The translations under genes and the position numbers were made by a program. From positions 1 to 39,559 of the IMG/VR virus record IMGVR_UViG_2565956762_000001: a stretch of 39,559 bases of DNA. One strand, written 5' to 3'. Below are positions 1 through 8,542 of this stretch, piece after piece. The notes below the pieces were generated by a model. It was not told the origin of the DNA, searched no databases, and was given only the letters and a program-made list of their open reading frames with translations. The DNA is from a virus. Taxonomy: Duplodnaviria; Heunggongvirae; Uroviricota; Caudoviricetes. Each line of letters starts with the position of its first letter. Position 1 is the stretch's first letter.

Positions 1-1284
1 TTACTTCTTCGCCTCTGCAACCACTTTGCTACCCACGCCGCGGTTATTGTATTCCCACATGCGGTTGTAGTTAGTGTCATTCAGATTGCGTTGTATTTCG
101 TCGCTATCGTCAACGCTGCCGGTGTTACCTGCGAATGGACGATTGGAAATCACCGCATCGGCCCACGGTTTCGCCGTGTTAAAACCTTCGTTGATGGCGC
201 TATCACGGATCACCACCTGACCGTTGGTATTGGCATCAACATCCAGCGAGCGGCCCAGTTGCGCCACGCCATCACCGGAAGCATTGAAACGGCTGTTTAC
301 GGCGAGGAAACCGTAATAGATGTTAGACAGCGTAGCCGGTGCAAACACATACGCTTCTTGCTGAGTACGTGAGTTCACCACGCGGAATTCGGTATTATCG
401 AACACCACTGCGCCGCGACCAGAAACGATATCCACATCCCCTTCAATATAGCTGTTGGTCACCAGAGTACGCGGCTGACGGTTGGTTTCCAGACGGTTTT
501 GCACACCACTGTTGGTGACAAAGAAGGTATTCTGACGACCGAGAATGTTGACGTTATTGATCTGCACTTTGTCGCCATCAGTACGCAGTGCCACCGCCGG
601 ATGGTTACCCGCATCTACGCTATCGCCCAGCGTGTTTTCGATGGTCAGGTTTTGCAGTTGCAGGCCATTGTTTTGTGACCAGAAGACCGCAGAGCAGAGA
701 ACGCCGATACTGTCGCTGCGTTTGCTCTGGCAGCTATCGTACATATACCACGCTGGTTTACCTGGCATATATTTGCCGCGCGGGTTGACGTCATGACGCC
801 AGTCGGCAGGGCTCATGCCCCCATCAAGGGAAAGCCCAATCTTCACATCAATCGGTTTTTCACCTGTACCGTACAGAGTAATTCCACCCGGAGCGGCAGG
901 GACATATACCGTTCCCTGATACTCACCAGGCATCACGGCAATATACTGGCGCTTGTTGGTGCGCTTGATAATTGCCGCATCTACCGCCGCCTGAATCGTG
1001 GTATGCGTTACACCTTGAGTACCCGCCGGGCCGACAACAAAGTCAGGTTGCGCAGGCAGGGTAATCGGGGAAGGATTCCACGCTGCCGCACCTGGTGTCA
1101 GGGATGCAAAATAGTGTTGAGCATCGAAATTCTGCGCTTCTTTTGCCGACAGAATCGGGCGAGAAGAGGTACCAGGCGCGGTTTGATCAGAAGGACGTTG
1201 ATCGGGCGGTGTTGAGCTACAGGCGGTCAGCGTCACGCCAAAAGCCAATGCCAGCGCCAGACGGGAAACTGAAAATGTGTTCAC
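1..1284 (-). CDS. ybhC: Host outer-membrane lipoprotein YbhC (pectinesterase-family)
   Basis: 427-aa ORF with lipoprotein-type signal peptide (…LTAC); protein recognised from memory as E. coli YbhC, which flanks attB-lambda. Stop at window position 1..3. Confidence 0.85.
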   Translation of the reverse strand: MNTFSVSRLALALAFGVTLTACSSTPPDQRPSDQTAPGTSSRPILSAKEAQNFDAQHYFASLTPGAAAWNPSPITLPAQPDFVVGPAGTQGVTHTTIQAAVDAAIIKRTNKRQYIAVMPGEYQGTVYVPAAPGGITLYGTGEKPIDVKIGLSLDGGMSPADWRHDVNPRGKYMPGKPAWYMYDSCQSKRSDSIGVLCSAVFWSQNNGLQLQNLTIENTLGDSVDAGNHPAVALRTDGDKVQINNVNILGRQNTFFVTNSGVQNRLETNRQPRTLVTNSYIEGDVDIVSGRGAVVFDNTEFRVVNSRTQQEAYVFAPATLSNIYYGFLAVNSRFNASGDGVAQLGRSLDVDANTNGQVVIRDSAINEGFNTAKPWADAVISNRPFAGNTGSVDDSDEIQRNLNDTNYNRMWEYNNRGVGSKVVAEAKK

Positions 1285-1330
1285 AGGTTGCTCCGGGCTA
1301 TGAAATAGAAAAATGAATCCGTTGAAGCCT

Positions 1331-1345
1331 GCTTTTTTATACTAA
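1331..1345. other. attL core (B-O-P'); P' arm with Int arm-type sites follows to about 1420
   Basis: Core GCTTTTTTATACTAA; downstream P'-arm text (…caggtcactatcagtcaaaataaaatcatt…) matches what I recall of lambda attP P' arm. Confidence 0.9.
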
Positions 1346-1418
1346 GTTGGCATTATAAAAAAGCATTGCTTATCAATTTTTTGCAACTAACAGGTCACTA
1401 TCAGTCAAAATAAAATCA

Positions 1419-2489
1419 TTATTTGATTTCAATTTTGTCCCACTCCCTGCCTCTGTCATCACGATACTGTGATGCCATGGTGTCCGACTTATGCCCGAGA
1501 AGATGTTGAGCAAACTTATCGCTTATCTGCTTCTCATAGAGTCTTGCAGACAAACTGCGCAACTCGTGAAAGGTAGGCGGATCCCCTTCGAAGGAAAGAC
1601 CTGATGCTTTTCGTGCGCGCATAAAATACCTTGATACTGTGCCGGATGAAAGCGGTTCACGACGAGTAGATGCAATTATGGTTTCTCCGCCAAGAATCTC
1701 TTTGCATTTATCAAGTGTTTCCTTCATTGATATCCCGAGAGCATCAACATGCAATGTTGTTGGTATGGCAATTTTTACGCCTGTTTTGCTTTGCTCGACA
1801 TAAAGATATCCATCTACGATATCAGACCACTTCATTTCGCATAAATCACCAACTCGTTGCCCGGTAACAACAGCCAGTTCCATTGCAAGTCTGAGCCAAC
1901 ATGGTGATGATTCTGCTGCTTGATAAATTTTCAGGTATTCGTCAGCTGTAAGCCTTGATCTCCTTACCTCTGATTTTGCTGCGCGAGTGGCAGCGACCGG
2001 GTTTGTTGTTATATGGCCTTCAGCTATTGCCTCTCGGAATGCATCGCTCAGTGTTGATCTGATTAACTTGGCTGATGCCGCCTTGCCCTCGTCAATGTAT
2101 CCATTGAGCATTGCCGCAATTTCTTTTGTGGTTATGTTTTCAAGTGGAGCATCAGGCAGACCCCTCCTTATTGCTTTAATTTTGCTCATGTAATTTATGA
2201 ATGTCTTCTGCTTGATTCCTCTGCTGGCGAGGATTTTTTCGTAGCGATCAAGCCATGAATGTAACGTAACAGAATTATCACTGTTGATTCTCGCTGTCAG
2301 AGGCTTGTGTTTGTGTCCTGAAAATAACTCAATGTTGGCCTGTATAGCTTCAGTGATTGCTATCCTCCTGTCTCGGCCTAAACCAAACTCTTTACCCGTC
2401 CTTGGGTCCCTGTAGCAGTAATATCCATTGTTTCTTATATAAAGGTTAGGGGGTAAATCCCGGCGCTCATGACTTCGCCTTCTTCCCAT
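1419..2489 (-). CDS. int: Lambda-type tyrosine integrase Int
   Basis: 356-aa ORF beginning MGRRRSHERRDLPPNLYIRNNGYYCYRDP…; recognised as lambda Int; adjacent to attL. Confidence 0.97.
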   Translation of the reverse strand: MGRRRSHERRDLPPNLYIRNNGYYCYRDPRTGKEFGLGRDRRIAITEAIQANIELFSGHKHKPLTARINSDNSVTLHSWLDRYEKILASRGIKQKTFINYMSKIKAIRRGLPDAPLENITTKEIAAMLNGYIDEGKAASAKLIRSTLSDAFREAIAEGHITTNPVAATRAAKSEVRRSRLTADEYLKIYQAAESSPCWLRLAMELAVVTGQRVGDLCEMKWSDIVDGYLYVEQSKTGVKIAIPTTLHVDALGISMKETLDKCKEILGGETIIASTRREPLSSGTVSRYFMRARKASGLSFEGDPPTFHELRSLSARLYEKQISDKFAQHLLGHKSDTMASQYRDDRGREWDKIEIK

Positions 2490-2685
2490 TTCTGATCCTC
2501 TTCAAAAGGCTACCTGTTACTGGTCGATTTAAGTCAACCTTTACCGCTGATTCGTGGAACAGATACTCTCTTCCATCCTTAACCGGAGGAGGGAATATCC
2601 TGCACTCGCGTACCCATCGACGAACTGTTTCAAGGCTTCTTGGGCGTCGCTGGCGTGCGTTCCACTCCTGAAGTGTCAAGTACAT
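2467..2685 (-). CDS. xis: Excisionase Xis
   Basis: 72-aa ORF MYLTLQEWNARQRRPRSLETVRRWVRE… recognised as lambda Xis; its 3' end overlaps the int start by 23 nt. Confidence 0.95.
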   Translation of the reverse strand: MYLTLQEWNARQRRPRSLETVRRWVRECRIFPPPVKDGREYLFHESAVKVDLNRPVTGSLLKRIRNGKKAKS

Positions 2686-2790
2686 CGCAAAGTCTCCGCA
2701 ATTACACGCAAGAAAAGCCGCATTGATGCGGCAATGGTAGGTCTGGATATCTTGAGAAATGAACAGGCCTCATCGAGTGTGAGGCTGTGG

Positions 2791-3135
2791 TTAGTCCTTG
2801 CGTAGTTCGCTAATTCTTCTGTAAGTCTCTGGTGCTTTGTTTCCGTGTATCTTCATTTCAGACTTCAACAGAGCAACGAGGGAATCCCATTCGTTGAGGA
2901 TTCCTTTGAATGCCGGAACGTGCTTTGCAACCTTGTCGAATGAATCTCTGATTTCTGGAACCTGCTCAACAAGTGCAACGCATCGTCGGAAATCGGCTGC
3001 GTCATGTGGAGCGCCGAAGTGATGACCATAGATATTCTTTTTCAGTCCACATGCGATTGAGGCAAGAGTTGCGCTACTGATGCCAACATCGCCAGTCGAT
3101 TGCCATTTCAAAACCTTCATAGCCAAATCTGACAT
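2791..3135 (-). CDS. Hypothetical protein (114 aa), early-left accessory gene
   Basis: Intact ORF in operon orientation directly upstream of xis; no domain recognised. Confidence 0.55.
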   Translation of the reverse strand: MSDLAMKVLKWQSTGDVGISSATLASIACGLKKNIYGHHFGAPHDAADFRRCVALVEQVPEIRDSFDKVAKHVPAFKGILNEWDSLVALLKSEMKIHGNKAPETYRRISELRKD

Positions 3136-3174
3136 TTCTTGTCTCCATAAAACAAAACCCGCCGTAGCGAGTTC

Positions 3175-3204
3175 AGATAAAAGAAATCCCCGCGAGTGCG
3201 AGGA
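3175..3204 (-). terminator. Candidate intrinsic terminator (minus strand) between ASCH gene and 114-aa gene
   Basis: Minus-strand hairpin tcctcgc-actc-gcgggga (7 bp with one G·U) followed by a T-rich run. Confidence 0.3.
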
Positions 3205-3207
3205 TTG

Positions 3208-3492
3208 CTATTCAGTGCCGATATTCACCTTTATCGCGAATACCTTTACCGGTTTATCACCGAAGTGCGGATGTGTGATTGTCTTGATTTCATATCCGTC
3301 GTACGGGACGTCAATTCTACGGCTGGAATCTTCGCGCTTCGGATATCCCTTCGTGATAATCAGGCGGTCATACTCCCGGAACATGATTCGCTTATTCCAG
3401 TAGTCATTACACAAGCGATACTCTTCCGTTTTCTCTCCGCGAATCATGGCATCGAAGTATTCACCTTTGACGGCAAGTTGCAGGTTAGCCAC
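3208..3492 (-). CDS. ASCH-domain (PUA-like) protein
   Basis: 94-aa ORF; N-terminal …KGEYFDAMIRGEKTEEYR… resembles the ASCH motif. Confidence 0.65.
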   Translation of the reverse strand: MANLQLAVKGEYFDAMIRGEKTEEYRLCNDYWNKRIMFREYDRLIITKGYPKREDSSRRIDVPYDGYEIKTITHPHFGDKPVKVFAIKVNIGTE

Positions 3493-3772
3493 GACCTTCC
3501 TCCTTTGGCTTGTGAATTTGTATCGTCATGCCGCTTTGAGTGGTGACTACAATGACAGAACCAGGCTGAAGACTGTTAAGATTGAATGCTTCGTAAAACG
3601 AATCCAAGGCCAGCGCTTTTTTATTCTTTCGGTTCCACCAACGCCATCCCTTGCTACAGACTACACTGACAATCCACTGCCCACTCCTGTAAGCCATATA
3701 AAACCAGATGAGCAAAACCTGAAGAAATGCTATCCAGTCAATAATCGTATATTTCGCGAAGGAGTACATCAC
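3485..3772 (-). CDS. Hypothetical small protein with hydrophobic N-terminal segment (95 aa)
   Basis: ORF overlaps neighbours by a few nt on both sides; hydrophobic stretch IIDWIAFLQVLLIWFYMAY. Confidence 0.45.
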   Translation of the reverse strand: MMYSFAKYTIIDWIAFLQVLLIWFYMAYRSGQWIVSVVCSKGWRWWNRKNKKALALDSFYEAFNLNSLQPGSVIVVTTQSGMTIQIHKPKEEGRG

Positions 3773-4464
3773 TTCACCTCCTGCTGTGGTGCTGCTGGCA
3801 TTTCACGCCAGTGCGTAACTGAGTGCGGATCCGGATATTCGGTGCCATCATCCCAGCGATTGCCATTCCACATTGCAGACCACATCTCACCGTCTTCATA
3901 CATGACCATTACCGGAATTAACTTATCCGGCATTCGCTCACTACAGCTTATCCAACTATCCGGAGTTACCGGATAGTTGCCATTCACAAGGTCAGCTCGA
4001 ACATATAGCGTGTCATCATGGTGCTGATTGTGGCTGCACCACGTTAATTCGCTTAACTCGCCATCTTCTGGCCATACTCCAGCCGTTTGCAGCCAGATAT
4101 GGGCTGGCGCATCTTGGCAAGGTGTATTAACTGGCAACTTGCAAGTTTGGCTTACAGGTTCGGCTTCCAGTTCTGCTATGCGCTTTTTTGCTGTTTCCAG
4201 CTCGCCCAGCAGCGCCAAGACGGTAGCCGGATTGGCTGCGGCGATGAATTCAGCATTGGCCTGCTGTTCCATTTGGAAATCTTCATCGAAACCGCTTTCA
4301 GGATGCGCTCCTTCAATTCTGCAAATGGGAATATATCCAGCAGCCTCGCGATGAATTAGTGCATCATCACCATCAAATCGGCCCTCTCCATATTCGAGCG
4401 ACCACTCGCCACACGTTGCTTTTTCTGCCTTAGCACGCAGTGCCTGATAGTCAATCTTGCTCAC
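3769..4464 (-). CDS. Ead/Ea22-like protein with C-terminal DUF551-like region
   Basis: 231-aa ORF; central …NAEFIAAANPATVLALLGELE… and C-terminal …SVTHWREMPAAP… resemble Ead/Ea22 and DUF551 families. Confidence 0.65.
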   Translation of the reverse strand: MSKIDYQALRAKAEKATCGEWSLEYGEGRFDGDDALIHREAAGYIPICRIEGAHPESGFDEDFQMEQQANAEFIAAANPATVLALLGELETAKKRIAELEAEPVSQTCKLPVNTPCQDAPAHIWLQTAGVWPEDGELSELTWCSHNQHHDDTLYVRADLVNGNYPVTPDSWISCSERMPDKLIPVMVMYEDGEMWSAMWNGNRWDDGTEYPDPHSVTHWREMPAAPQQEVK

Positions 4465-4913
4465 TGGTTACCTCCTTTGCGAAGCTCTGCGGCGAACTCG
4501 TTAAGGGATATGTAGCAATCTCCAAATGTTAACGAACCGCTCGACTGCATATGCTCCATAGCCATCTCCACGCCCTGAGCCCGCACTTCGGCCACGAAAG
4601 CGTCGGTGGCTGGGGTTTCGATATCGTTAATTTCAGGAAGAATCTCTTCCCATGTGGCGATATCGCCATTCAAATGCCATCCGGCAATTCCACTGGAGTT
4701 ATCCGCAACACTGCGAACGGCTTCAATAGTTTCATGCATTGCCGCATTCTCCGCCTCCAGCGCCGCGCACTTGGCCTCCGCTTCAGAAAATTTACGCACC
4801 AGATATTCAGCGTTTGTTTCGTTAACCTTTAAATCACTTGGGATGCATTTACCTTTCAGAAAACCATCCATCTCAATTAGTGACATTTGTTTCATTTCTT
4901 CCCACTCCGCCAC
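4461..4913 (-). CDS. Hypothetical protein (150 aa; true start may be an internal ATG)
   Basis: ORF in operon orientation; the ORF-track start is a GTG; acidic, helix-rich composition. Confidence 0.5.
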   Translation of the reverse strand: MAEWEEMKQMSLIEMDGFLKGKCIPSDLKVNETNAEYLVRKFSEAEAKCAALEAENAAMHETIEAVRSVADNSSGIAGWHLNGDIATWEEILPEINDIETPATDAFVAEVRAQGVEMAMEHMQSSGSLTFGDCYISLNEFAAELRKGGNQ

Positions 4914-5056
4914 ATCGCATTCAGATATTTGTTGTCATTAACAGAACCGAAACTCTTTCTCTTAAGCAATTCCTCTCTCGATGGCATTGGCTTTACGCGT
5001 TGGCGAATAATCATTTCTGCCGGAAGAATGCCGGGATTGTATGCAAGTCCTCTCAT
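4892..5056 (-). CDS. Hypothetical small protein (54 aa), below the ORF-track cutoff
   Basis: Hand-translated [54 protein letters not shown]; its ATG overlaps the stop of the upstream gene (ATGA). Confidence 0.3.
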   Translation of the reverse strand: MRGLAYNPGILPAEMIIRQRVKPMPSREELLKRKSFGSVNDNKYLNAMWRSGKK

Positions 5057-5334
5057 GATTTACTCTCCACGAACTGGTCAATAGCCATGCTAAGTGACAC
5101 ACCTAAAGTCTCGATATGTTGCTGAATATCCTGTAGCGTCTGCGCCTGAGATAACAGGATTTCACGGTTGCATAATTCTTTAACCAGATGCTCAAACTTG
5201 CTGTAATAACCGATACGGCTTAGTGTTTCTTTCCCTGCATTCTCGCCTTCTTTGATAATTCCTCTTTCGCTAAGAATCAGATCGTGTTTGGTTCCGGTAA
5301 TAACGTATTTTCCGAGGTCGATGTTTAGCTTCAT
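5053..5334 (-). CDS. Hypothetical protein (93 aa)
   Basis: ORF in operon orientation; no domain recognised. Confidence 0.55.
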   Translation of the reverse strand: MKLNIDLGKYVITGTKHDLILSERGIIKEGENAGKETLSRIGYYSKFEHLVKELCNREILLSQAQTLQDIQQHIETLGVSLSMAIDQFVESKS

Positions 5335-5350
5335 TGTTAATTACTCCATG

Positions 5351-5665
5351 TTAATTTATTCGTATGCCTGCTCTTTCTTCATCGAGTTTTTTTAGCTTGT
5401 ATCGCATAGCTCTTACTGAATAAATTGAGCGGCAGGTTGCAATTGCTATTTCTTCTGCGGAGAACTTACCGAAAAGTGATACTTCGGCTCTTGTCCATCG
5501 TCTTCCACGAAGTCGGCTAACAATGTCAGCGCCAATCCTTGTTGCTTTCGCCATTACTGCTTTTTCAGTCCTTTCCAGTTTTTCTGCGATAACTTCAACT
5601 GGCATTGTTGTCGCTACTTCGCGCAAGAAATCGACTTCCCATTTCTCCCATGGAGTCTTTTTCAT
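5351..5665 (-). CDS. Hypothetical protein (104 aa), possible tandem helix-turn-helix DNA-binding repeats
   Basis: Two internally similar segments (W..E..L….E.A..L.RT/kA…RiG); inference only. Confidence 0.5.
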   Translation of the reverse strand: MKKTPWEKWEVDFLREVATTMPVEVIAEKLERTEKAVMAKATRIGADIVSRLRGRRWTRAEVSLFGKFSAEEIAIATCRSIYSVRAMRYKLKKLDEERAGIRIN

Positions 5666-5676
5666 AGGCGATACCG

Positions 5677-6165
5677 TTATTTGATAAGAAGTGAAGGTTT
5701 CCCAACTTTGAGTTGAGCGCCGGGGATATTTATTCCTGCTTTTAGTTGGTGTTTGATTGCCAGTTTGTCGGCTTTTATTGTTGTTTCAAACTCAACGTAT
5801 TCAGGAGGAAGGGCGCTTGAGTCGATGATTTCTACAGTTTCTGACGGTTTGCGGATTGTTACCTGGTGAATACCTGCTCGAATATTTTTCTTGCCAACCA
5901 TTTCAAGCGATGACGCTATATATGATTTGATGCTGTCAATCTTATTTTGAATTACTGCGGCTCGCTCATTCAGTGACTTTGCCTCTTCCTTGAGGCGTTC
6001 AGCATAACCAGATTCATTTTTAATAATGGCAAGAAGTTGCTCTATTTTATCGGTAAATTCTCCTTCCATGCCTTCTATTGTGTCAGCAATCATCTCTGGC
6101 TCTAAATCTGAATCCATCAGCTTTGCGTATTCATTGGCTATTTCATACAGTTTGCTCACTGGCAA
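5677..6165 (-). CDS. Siphovirus Gp157-family protein
   Basis: 162-aa ORF immediately downstream of RecT; C-terminal …LKAGINIPGAQLKVGKPSLLIK fits my recollection of the Gp157 family. Confidence 0.6.
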   Translation of the reverse strand: MPVSKLYEIANEYAKLMDSDLEPEMIADTIEGMEGEFTDKIEQLLAIIKNESGYAERLKEEAKSLNERAAVIQNKIDSIKSYIASSLEMVGKKNIRAGIHQVTIRKPSETVEIIDSSALPPEYVEFETTIKADKLAIKHQLKAGINIPGAQLKVGKPSLLIK

Positions 6166-7045
6166 CCTCCAGTTTCGCTTTGCATTCTGCGTAAATGGCT
6201 TGTACGTTCTGCTGCAATTTCATTCCAGATGTCAGGCGATATGCTTCTGCAAAATATCGCTTCAAATCATCCATGTTTTCAGCCTGGGCCATTTCATCAC
6301 AAAGAAGTTGTGCTTTATCCATTATTTCCTGCTGGCGTTTCCGTTCATCTTCGCGGATATCTTCCTCTGATTTGTGCGGCATAACTGGTTCCTGATGCAT
6401 ACCTTCATCTTCGTTAAGCAGGTGAATGGCATTATCCAGTCGCTGGGCTTTAGGCCAGTATTTGCTGGCGCGTTTAACTATTGTTTTACGTGCCATCTCT
6501 TCCCAGAATGTTTTCCACGGTCCATTCTTTGCCTTGCTCGTTGCTTCAACAGCTTTAATTTCTGCCAGACTCATTTCTTCAGTCAGGTAGTCACCATCTG
6601 CTGTTTTAACCGTGCAATAACCACCAACAATAGAGCCTCGCTCACCAAATGCGTTGTATTTGTGGGTTGGTGCTGAATCAAGGCCGTTTGATTCATAGGT
6701 GTCGTTTGAGTACACCAGTTTGCATTGCCCCCACTTAATTGAGCCTGTCGATTGCGCAAGATGAAGTAATCCCATATAGCTGATATCAAGGCAAACCATG
6801 CCGTCGCGCGGAACCAGATAAGCCAGTTTGCTGGCCGGGTTTAAGGTGATGCCGATCGCTGCAACATTGATGATGGCGTTCTGTGCGCTGGTTGGATTTG
6901 CCAGTGCTGTTTTAGCCAGGTAATCGTTTTTCTGGAAATACTGAATTGCAAACTGGCTTTCCTTAGCCCATGTCACCGTCTGTTCAGTCAATGCTCCGCA
7001 GAATAACTGCTCTTGCTGTTTAACGAATTCAACGATATTGCTCAT
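6143..7045 (-). CDS. recT: RecT-family single-strand annealing recombinase
   Basis: 300-aa ORF; sequence recognised as RecT-like; position equivalent to lambda bet / P22 erf. Confidence 0.8.
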   Translation of the reverse strand: MSNIVEFVKQQEQLFCGALTEQTVTWAKESQFAIQYFQKNDYLAKTALANPTSAQNAIINVAAIGITLNPASKLAYLVPRDGMVCLDISYMGLLHLAQSTGSIKWGQCKLVYSNDTYESNGLDSAPTHKYNAFGERGSIVGGYCTVKTADGDYLTEEMSLAEIKAVEATSKAKNGPWKTFWEEMARKTIVKRASKYWPKAQRLDNAIHLLNEDEGMHQEPVMPHKSEEDIREDERKRQQEIMDKAQLLCDEMAQAENMDDLKRYFAEAYRLTSGMKLQQNVQAIYAECKAKLEVASEQTV

Positions 7046-7353
7046 GCAGCTTCTCCATAAATATGTCTGCGTTTGAATATTGCGAAGGCATATTCAGCCT
7101 TAACTCTTTCGGTTATTGCATCCCAGAACCATTCAGCGGCTTTTTCCTGATAGTTACAGTCATCATCTTCCAGCCAGTCGATAGCGTCCTTAGTGTGTTC
7201 ATCTGGTTTATATGAGCGAAGCATTTCGCTTATTGGGTCGCAACGTTTGCAGAGGCGATCAACTTCACTGTTGATTCGTTCGTAATCTTCATCAGTAAAA
7301 CTTGCGATTATTTGCGATATTTCACGCTTATCATTCAGAGTCAGAATCATCAT
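7042..7353 (-). CDS. Hypothetical protein (103 aa) at the gam/abc position upstream of recT
   Basis: ORF overlaps the recT start by 4 nt; acidic; function inferred from position only. Confidence 0.5.
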   Translation of the reverse strand: MMILTLNDKREISQIIASFTDEDYERINSEVDRLCKRCDPISEMLRSYKPDEHTKDAIDWLEDDDCNYQEKAAEWFWDAITERVKAEYAFAIFKRRHIYGEAA

Positions 7354-7438
7354 CTTTCTCCTGTTCTTTGTGCTGATTGAGCATTTCTTTCATATGACGA
7401 ATGAATTCTTCGTCTGACCAGTTATCTGTAAAACTCAT
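7331..7438 (-). CDS. Hypothetical acidic micro-protein (35 aa) translationally coupled to cIII
   Basis: Hand-translated MSFTDNWSDEEFIRHMKEMLNQHKEQEKDDDSDSE; its ATG overlaps the cIII stop (ATGA). Sits where lambda has kil. Confidence 0.25.
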   Translation of the reverse strand: MSFTDNWSDEEFIRHMKEMLNQHKEQEKDDDSDSE

Positions 7439-7605
7439 GGACGGCCTTGTTGTTTCAAAATATCCCAAAGCTTTTCGAGCAAGCTTTTCATTCTTGGTTG
7501 TTTAAAGTCTGCTCCGGTTAAAATGTTTTTTCGTGAATGCTGTACCGATAAAATCGGGTTGAAAGGGCGAACCGATGCCGCCCCTGCAATAGCGAACTGT
7601 TGCAT
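7435..7605 (-). CDS. cIII: CIII-like regulator (FtsH inhibitor family)
   Basis: 56-aa product MQQFAIAGAAS…LLEKLWDILKQQGRP resembles lambda CIII (MQYAIAG…; …IDILNQPG). GGAG RBS about 6 nt upstream. The ORF-track 91-aa version starts upstream and spans a terminator hairpin, so I use the internal Met. Confidence 0.65.
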   Translation of the reverse strand: MQQFAIAGAASVRPFNPILSVQHSRKNILTGADFKQPRMKSLLEKLWDILKQQGRP

Positions 7606-7665
7606 AGGATGCTCCTTCTGTTTGATTGCATAACGAAAACGCCTCGAGTGAAGCGTTATTGGTAT

Positions 7666-7695
7666 GCATATAAAAAGGCCCTCACACTGGAGGGC
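7666..7695 (-). terminator. tL-type intrinsic terminator upstream of cIII (minus strand)
   Basis: Hairpin gccctc-(6 nt)-gagggc followed on the minus strand by CTTTTTAT. Confidence 0.55.
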
Positions 7696-7788
7696 AAAGA
7701 AGAGTTCCAATAATCAGAACAAGTCGGCTCCTGTTTAGTTACGAGCGACATTGCTCACATAGCAGACTCGTAAATCTGCTATAGGCGC

Positions 7789-7950
7789 TTATTCGCATCG
7801 CATGACAACATCAAATTTTTCGAGATTACTTTGTCGCAACAATCCTTCTTCTACGCGGTCAGCTTTTCTATAATTATCAAATTCGAAATGTTTAATTACT
7901 TCTTTTGTTTCTCGCTCTATAACTTCAACAATGTATTTCTTATTCATCAT
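7789..7950 (-). CDS. Hypothetical small protein (53 aa), below the ORF-track cutoff
   Basis: Hand-translated MMNKKYIVEVIERETKEVIKHFEFDNYRKADRVEEGLLRQSNLEKFDVVMRCE; ATG overlaps the upstream stop (ATGA). Confidence 0.3.
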   Translation of the reverse strand: MMNKKYIVEVIERETKEVIKHFEFDNYRKADRVEEGLLRQSNLEKFDVVMRCE

Positions 7951-8249
7951 TCTTCCCCAAGAGCTTTTCTGATTGCTGCAAGACCTTTATTAACAGCTCC
8001 ATACCATTCTGGATATGTTGTCTTTGTTCTATTTTTGGTTTGCTTAAGTAATAACTGAAGTGCTTCGAGAAGGTCAGGTGCTGCCGCTATTAGATTGGCA
8101 TCTTCAATGCATTGAACTTCCTCACAGATTGCAATATACGAACGCCAGCCTGCGCCATTTTCAAGTGAGGCTGCCTGGATGATTTTAATCTCATCGCCAT
8201 CCATCATTATTTCCCACTTACCTTCAGTACCTTTAAATTCCATGTTCAC
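7947..8249 (-). CDS. Hypothetical protein (100 aa), pL operon
   Basis: ORF in operon orientation between N and cIII. Confidence 0.5.
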   Translation of the reverse strand: MNMEFKGTEGKWEIMMDGDEIKIIQAASLENGAGWRSYIAICEEVQCIEDANLIAAAPDLLEALQLLLKQTKNRTKTTYPEWYGAVNKGLAAIRKALGEE

Positions 8250-8282
8250 CTCTGTTGTTTATGTCAAAAATAAAGGCCACCA

Positions 8283-8534
8283 TCAGGCAGCCTTGTTGTA
8301 AATGTTGCAGGTATCAAGTAAGTAATTAGATGGAGCGCCATAAATTATGAATTCATCGTTTGTCGGGTCCATCTCCATCTCTTGGCCTATTGCCATTCTT
8401 GCGTCAGTGTCATCAGCGGCGAAGCATAAAACAGCCCACGCACCCATTGTTTTAAAAAGAACTGCAATTGGCTGTGGTTTTACTGAATTTGCGTTAGCGC
8501 GAAAATCACAAATCGCACTTTCATGAAACTCCAT
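8283..8534 (-). CDS. Hypothetical protein (83 aa), pL operon
   Basis: ORF directly downstream of N. Confidence 0.45.
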   Translation of the reverse strand: MEFHESAICDFRANANSVKPQPIAVLFKTMGAWAVLCFAADDTDARMAIGQEMEMDPTNDEFIIYGAPSNYLLDTCNIYNKAA

Positions 8535-8542
8535 ATCTCACC

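Noticed and set aside
91-372. 93-aa plus-strand ORF inside ybhC
   Set aside because: Antisense to a well-supported host gene; no RBS context; typical shadow ORF.
3446-3976. 176-aa plus-strand ORF (and other plus-strand ORFs across 2554..6676)
   Set aside because: All lie antisense to a tightly packed, translationally coupled minus-strand operon; sequences are low-complexity or Cys/Ser-rich and look like frame shadows.
7831-8058. 75-aa hydrophobic plus-strand ORF, considered as a sieB-like exclusion gene
   Set aside because: Overlaps two minus-strand ORFs, has low-complexity F/N/Y-rich composition, lacks an obvious RBS and is far shorter than known SieB proteins.
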